49,189 nt of DNA, from the NCBI RefSeq assembly GCF_001194135.2, contig NC_068999.1, forward strand, positions 37,097,900 to 37,147,088, given 5' to 3'. Source of the stretch: Octopus bimaculoides (Eukaryota). The notes under the pieces are model-generated. The model had not been told where the DNA came from. It saw nothing but the letters and a program-made list of their open reading frames with translations, and did no database searches. Below, in pieces: positions 45,699 to 49,189 of this stretch (the first letter of the stretch is position 1; each line of letters opens with the position of its first letter). The translations under genes and the position numbers were made by a program.

Positions 45699-46340
45699 CA
45701 TATTCCCCCCCCCACCCAATCCTCAAAATACAACAGAATTTGTTTCAACACACAAGTTCTTAGTTCAGTTGTTTTGCAACTGAATTTGATCCTGCTGAGT
45801 ATTGTGCTGCTGGTATCTCTAGTTTTAATCAGCTTGACTGATTCTATCGTGTAATTAGAGTTTAATTTTTTTTATATGCTTTGGAGATGCATCTATGAAT
45901 ATTTATCAGATGTATGAATTTATGTTATTGGTTGTATTGTTGAATTTTGTGAACCTCAATTCCATTTCCTTATTGAATTCATTCTACTTTACATTTTTGA
46001 AGTTTGTAAAAATGTCTTTGCTTTTTTCATGTGAGGATGAATAGTAGGTGGTAATAGCTACCACATGTCAAACTATTAAGTGAAATTTGTATTGAGCTAT
46101 ATGTAAAGTTAAAGTGTGCAGAATAAAAACCTCTGTCACATATTTCAGGAAACCATGAATGTTAAAAAATTTCTTGTACATACACGTTTGTTGCTAGTAT
46201 GATGTGCTCAATATTTTATTGATGAGTTGATAATGGAAAATGTAGTCAAATACCCTGGAAATATATGAGGGTATGGGTCAGATATTTTAGGTATTGATGT
46301 TGTTCACATTGATATAAACTGTTTTTTACTTCCTTTTCAG

Positions 46341-46498
46341 ACGTAAAGGAGTTTATGGTCCACCTTTAGGCAAGCTATTCTTATTCTTTATCGATGATTT
46401 GAACATGCCAGCTCTGGAAGCTTATGGAGCTCAACCCCCCATTGAACTTCTCCGTCAGTGGATGGATTTTGGAGGCTGGTATGACAGAAAAGCTATTG
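46341..46498 (+). CDS. DNAH1: Dynein heavy chain exon: (R)[52 protein letters not shown](G)
   Basis: ttcAG/GTaaga, 158 nt, phase 2/1; FIDDLNMP and [13 protein letters not shown] motifs. Confidence 0.97.
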
Positions 46499-47329
46499 GT
46501 AAGACTGCTTATCTATCATTGTTAAAATATCTTCATTCATGAAGTATTTCTTGATACATATTGCATAAAGCAGTTCATCATGATATATTCTCTACAAGTT
46601 TATATATATATAAGCTGAAACTTGTATCACATTCTCAGTGTGTAGCTGAAGATTCAGTATCATGAATGATATCAAACTTATAAAACATTAGTTCCAATAA
46701 GTTATTAAAATATATAAACTATACATAATCTAATTCATGGAAATTATCATTAGAAGACAAAAATAAAAAATATGTAAACCATAGTGTGGAGTCTAACAAC
46801 CGTAAAGTGTTGATACGCTTAAATATATACATATGCTCCACTCTTTTTGTATATGCCCAAGTCATTTGGCTGCTGGAGTAGGACAATTTTTAGTGTTGAT
46901 GGTACCTATTGGGGCAGATGCATGTATCCATAACTGTTCTCTTTACTCCAGACAAAAAAAAAAAAACCTGTCCATTCCTTAATGGCATGTTTGGAGAGTT
47001 CTTCATTGTTTAGATGATCTCCCCAGTCTCATGAAGAACTAGTCTCAGTTGACATTTGGTAAATGTAATAATGCACATCCTACAGAAGTGGAGATAATTT
47101 TAATAATTTTACTTTTTCTAGCTTTTCATATACCCGTATTTGTTTATGGTGTTCATAAATATACCATTGGCCATTCTGAGTGATTTCTCTTAGCTGTCTT
47201 TTGTTTAACATATAAAGTGTTTTGGCTAAATTCAACAGTTTGCATAAAAAAGAATAGCAAACACAATATCCCATCCAAATATTAAAGTATTTTTAAAATT
47301 AAAAAAAATATCAACTGGATTATGAATGG

Positions 47330-47790
47330 GAAATACTCAAAGACTGACTCTCAGCTTCCACCACAGCCTCAAGACAGTTGCAGAACCTGGTGCATGCATT
47401 CCTCAGTGTGTCTCTGGGAAGATCTTAAACACTTCCTTGCTCTTTAAGCACCAGCTCAGCCTTGGTATTTCAAGCAGAGTGGTTGGTGTCTTTCTCAGCT
47501 GTACCCCACACATAGTATTCTATGGAATTACAACCAAGGGAATTAGAAGGACAGAAATTAGGGCTGGTGAAGTCTTAGAAATTCTCTAACAACCACTTTT
47601 GACTTTTTCTGGAGGTATGGCAAAGAAGAGGTGAAACCTGTTACCACACATGTGGCCTTCTAGCAGCAACCCTCTCCAGCCAGGGTTTGACAGTCTCCAA
47701 GCAGCTTGTCTGAATTGTGCCTACAGCTCTGTTTAAAGATATTCCGATGGTATGGCATCACCCTCACTAGAGACACACACAAAGATCATC
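47330..47790 (-). mobile_element. Tc1/mariner transposase remnant, maT/DD37D-like
   Basis: Minus strand VMIFVCVSSEGD...PWLERVAARRPHVW*Q..CHTSRKSQKWLLENF*DFTSPNFCPSNS..CNSIEYYVWG..EKDTN; multiple stops. Confidence 0.75.
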
Positions 47791-47799
47791 ACTGTTTTG

Positions 47800-48090
47800 A
47801 GGGACTTGGTTTCCATCATACATGGAACATGGCTTCATAATCTCTACTTCAGATGTCCATGTCATGTCTTATTATATTTGCACTTTTCTGCACATGTGCA
47901 CTGATGTTGCACATCCAATAGAGAATACCACCATCATTTCTCTCCAGTCTACTCCTATCTTCTGCATTCAGAGCCCATGTCTCACTACCATGGAGTATAG
48001 CTGTTCACACACAAGCATCATATAGTCTACGTTTCACCTTTCCTTTTATTGCCAACAGAGGTAATAACTCTCAGAACTTCCTCCACCCAG
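47800..48090 (-). mobile_element. RTE-clade LINE fragment homologous to the 8.2-8.6 kb copy
   Basis: Shares CAGAGCCCATGTCTCA..ATGGAGTATAGC..ACAAGCATCATA.AGTCTA with 8550-8610; continues into WRKF*ELLPLL. Confidence 0.8.
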
Positions 48091-48132
48091 TCCTTATTCT
48101 AGAAACAATACGTTACTAATTTGGTCACCTAG

Positions 48133-48179
<47 letters not shown>

Positions 48180-48813
48180 TATTATAAAATAAGAGCAGGA
48201 AAATTACATCAAAAACTCATCATAGAAGATATACATCCAAAATAATATTGTATTAAGATATTTCCCCACCAAGAGCACTTATTAGAAATTCAGTATATTG
48301 TATTCTCATTGAATATATTTGATTAATGATATATATATATATAAGGGAGTGTGTGTGTGCATATGTTCCTTATGCATTCAAAAAAATTGAGTTGCTGATT
48401 TTGACGTATGGGGTATCAAGAGATTCAGTAATCTTCTGACTACCAATTAAACTTTATTTTCATTTACATATTTTCTACATTATCTCAACAACCAGCTCTA
48501 GTTATTTCAAAGACTCTGCTCTATAATGTCCAGGTTTCATTAGAAAGTGAAAATAGTTTCATATTTTCAATTTGATCCACAATTATAAAGTGTTGCATTA
48601 CAAGAGTAACGATGTGTGAATAATGAAAGTAGTGTTTCTCTGAATTAGTCACTCATTAAATGACATCCATTTCTCTGTATGTTATGAGGAAATACAGTCA
48701 CTTACTCTTTCACTCTCTCTCTCTCTCTCTCACATGCACACACACACACACACACACATGCATACAAAAAAGATGTATGCATATATATTTATGTACATGT
48801 ATATGAAAGATAA

Positions 48814-48847
<34 letters not shown>

Positions 48848-49081
48848 CGATTGAGAGCCACTTACACATCCATGCAAAAAGTACATACATGACAACACAC
48901 CTTCATTCTTTCTCTCTCTCTCTCTCTCTCTCTCATGCCCATGCACACCCACACACGTCCATTTCATATACATGTACATACATCTTTCAACTTCTCCTCT
49001 CTTTCACTGTTTGCTCTCACTTCAAAGCAAATGTCACCTTTTCACCTTCTCTTTTTCAATTTCTACTCTCTTCAAAGCATA

Positions 49082-49181
49082 ACTCTTTTACTCTTTTACT
49101 TGTTTCAGTCATTTGACTGCGGCCATGCTGGAGCACCGCCTTTAGTCGAATCAAATCGACCCTAGGACTTATTCTTTGTAA
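49082..49181 (-). mobile_element. Family-2 SINE 3' end with (TACTCTTT)n tail
   Basis: TGTTTCAGTCATTTGACTGCGGCCATGCTGGAGCACCGCCTTTAGTCG is the reverse complement of the 27.88-27.94 kb 3' end. Confidence 0.85.
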
Positions 49182-49189
49182 AGAAATAA

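Larger units (their letters stand above)
978..46498 (+). other. DNAH1: Partial axonemal dynein heavy chain gene (DNAH1-like), 22 visible exons; the gene extends beyond both window ends
   Basis: Exons joined at GT-AG sites with matching phases give one continuous dynein HC peptide. It has three P-loops ([24 protein letters not shown]), Walker B CFDEFNRI and an acidic insert before AAA3. It aligns colinearly with vertebrate DNAH1 as I recall it (no search run). Confidence 0.9.

Overview
Eukaryotic, AT-rich, intron-rich genomic window. The repeat families and microsatellite-flanked N gaps suggest a cephalopod, probably Octopus; this is inference from recalled repeat sequences. The whole window lies inside one plus-strand gene, an axonemal inner-arm dynein heavy chain that best matches DNAH1. 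I trace 22 GT-AG exons (978-46498, 3103 nt, about 1034 codons, splice phases consistent). They run from the DHC_N2/linker region through AAA1, AAA2 and into AAA3. About 60 expected residues between the 2nd and 3rd exons are not in the visible sequence and probably lie in the 100-N gap. The introns hold tRNA-derived SINEs, RTE and CR1-group LINE fragments, three Penelope-like element (PLE) remnants, a piggyBac-type MITE, a DD37D-like Tc1/mariner remnant, fold-back elements and micro/minisatellites. The most notable structure is the PLE at 33590-35193. Its 304-bp inverted pseudo-LTRs each carry a tRNA-like box A/box B cassette upstream of a minimal hammerhead-ribozyme motif. No prokaryotic, CRISPR, rRNA or functional tRNA features are supported.
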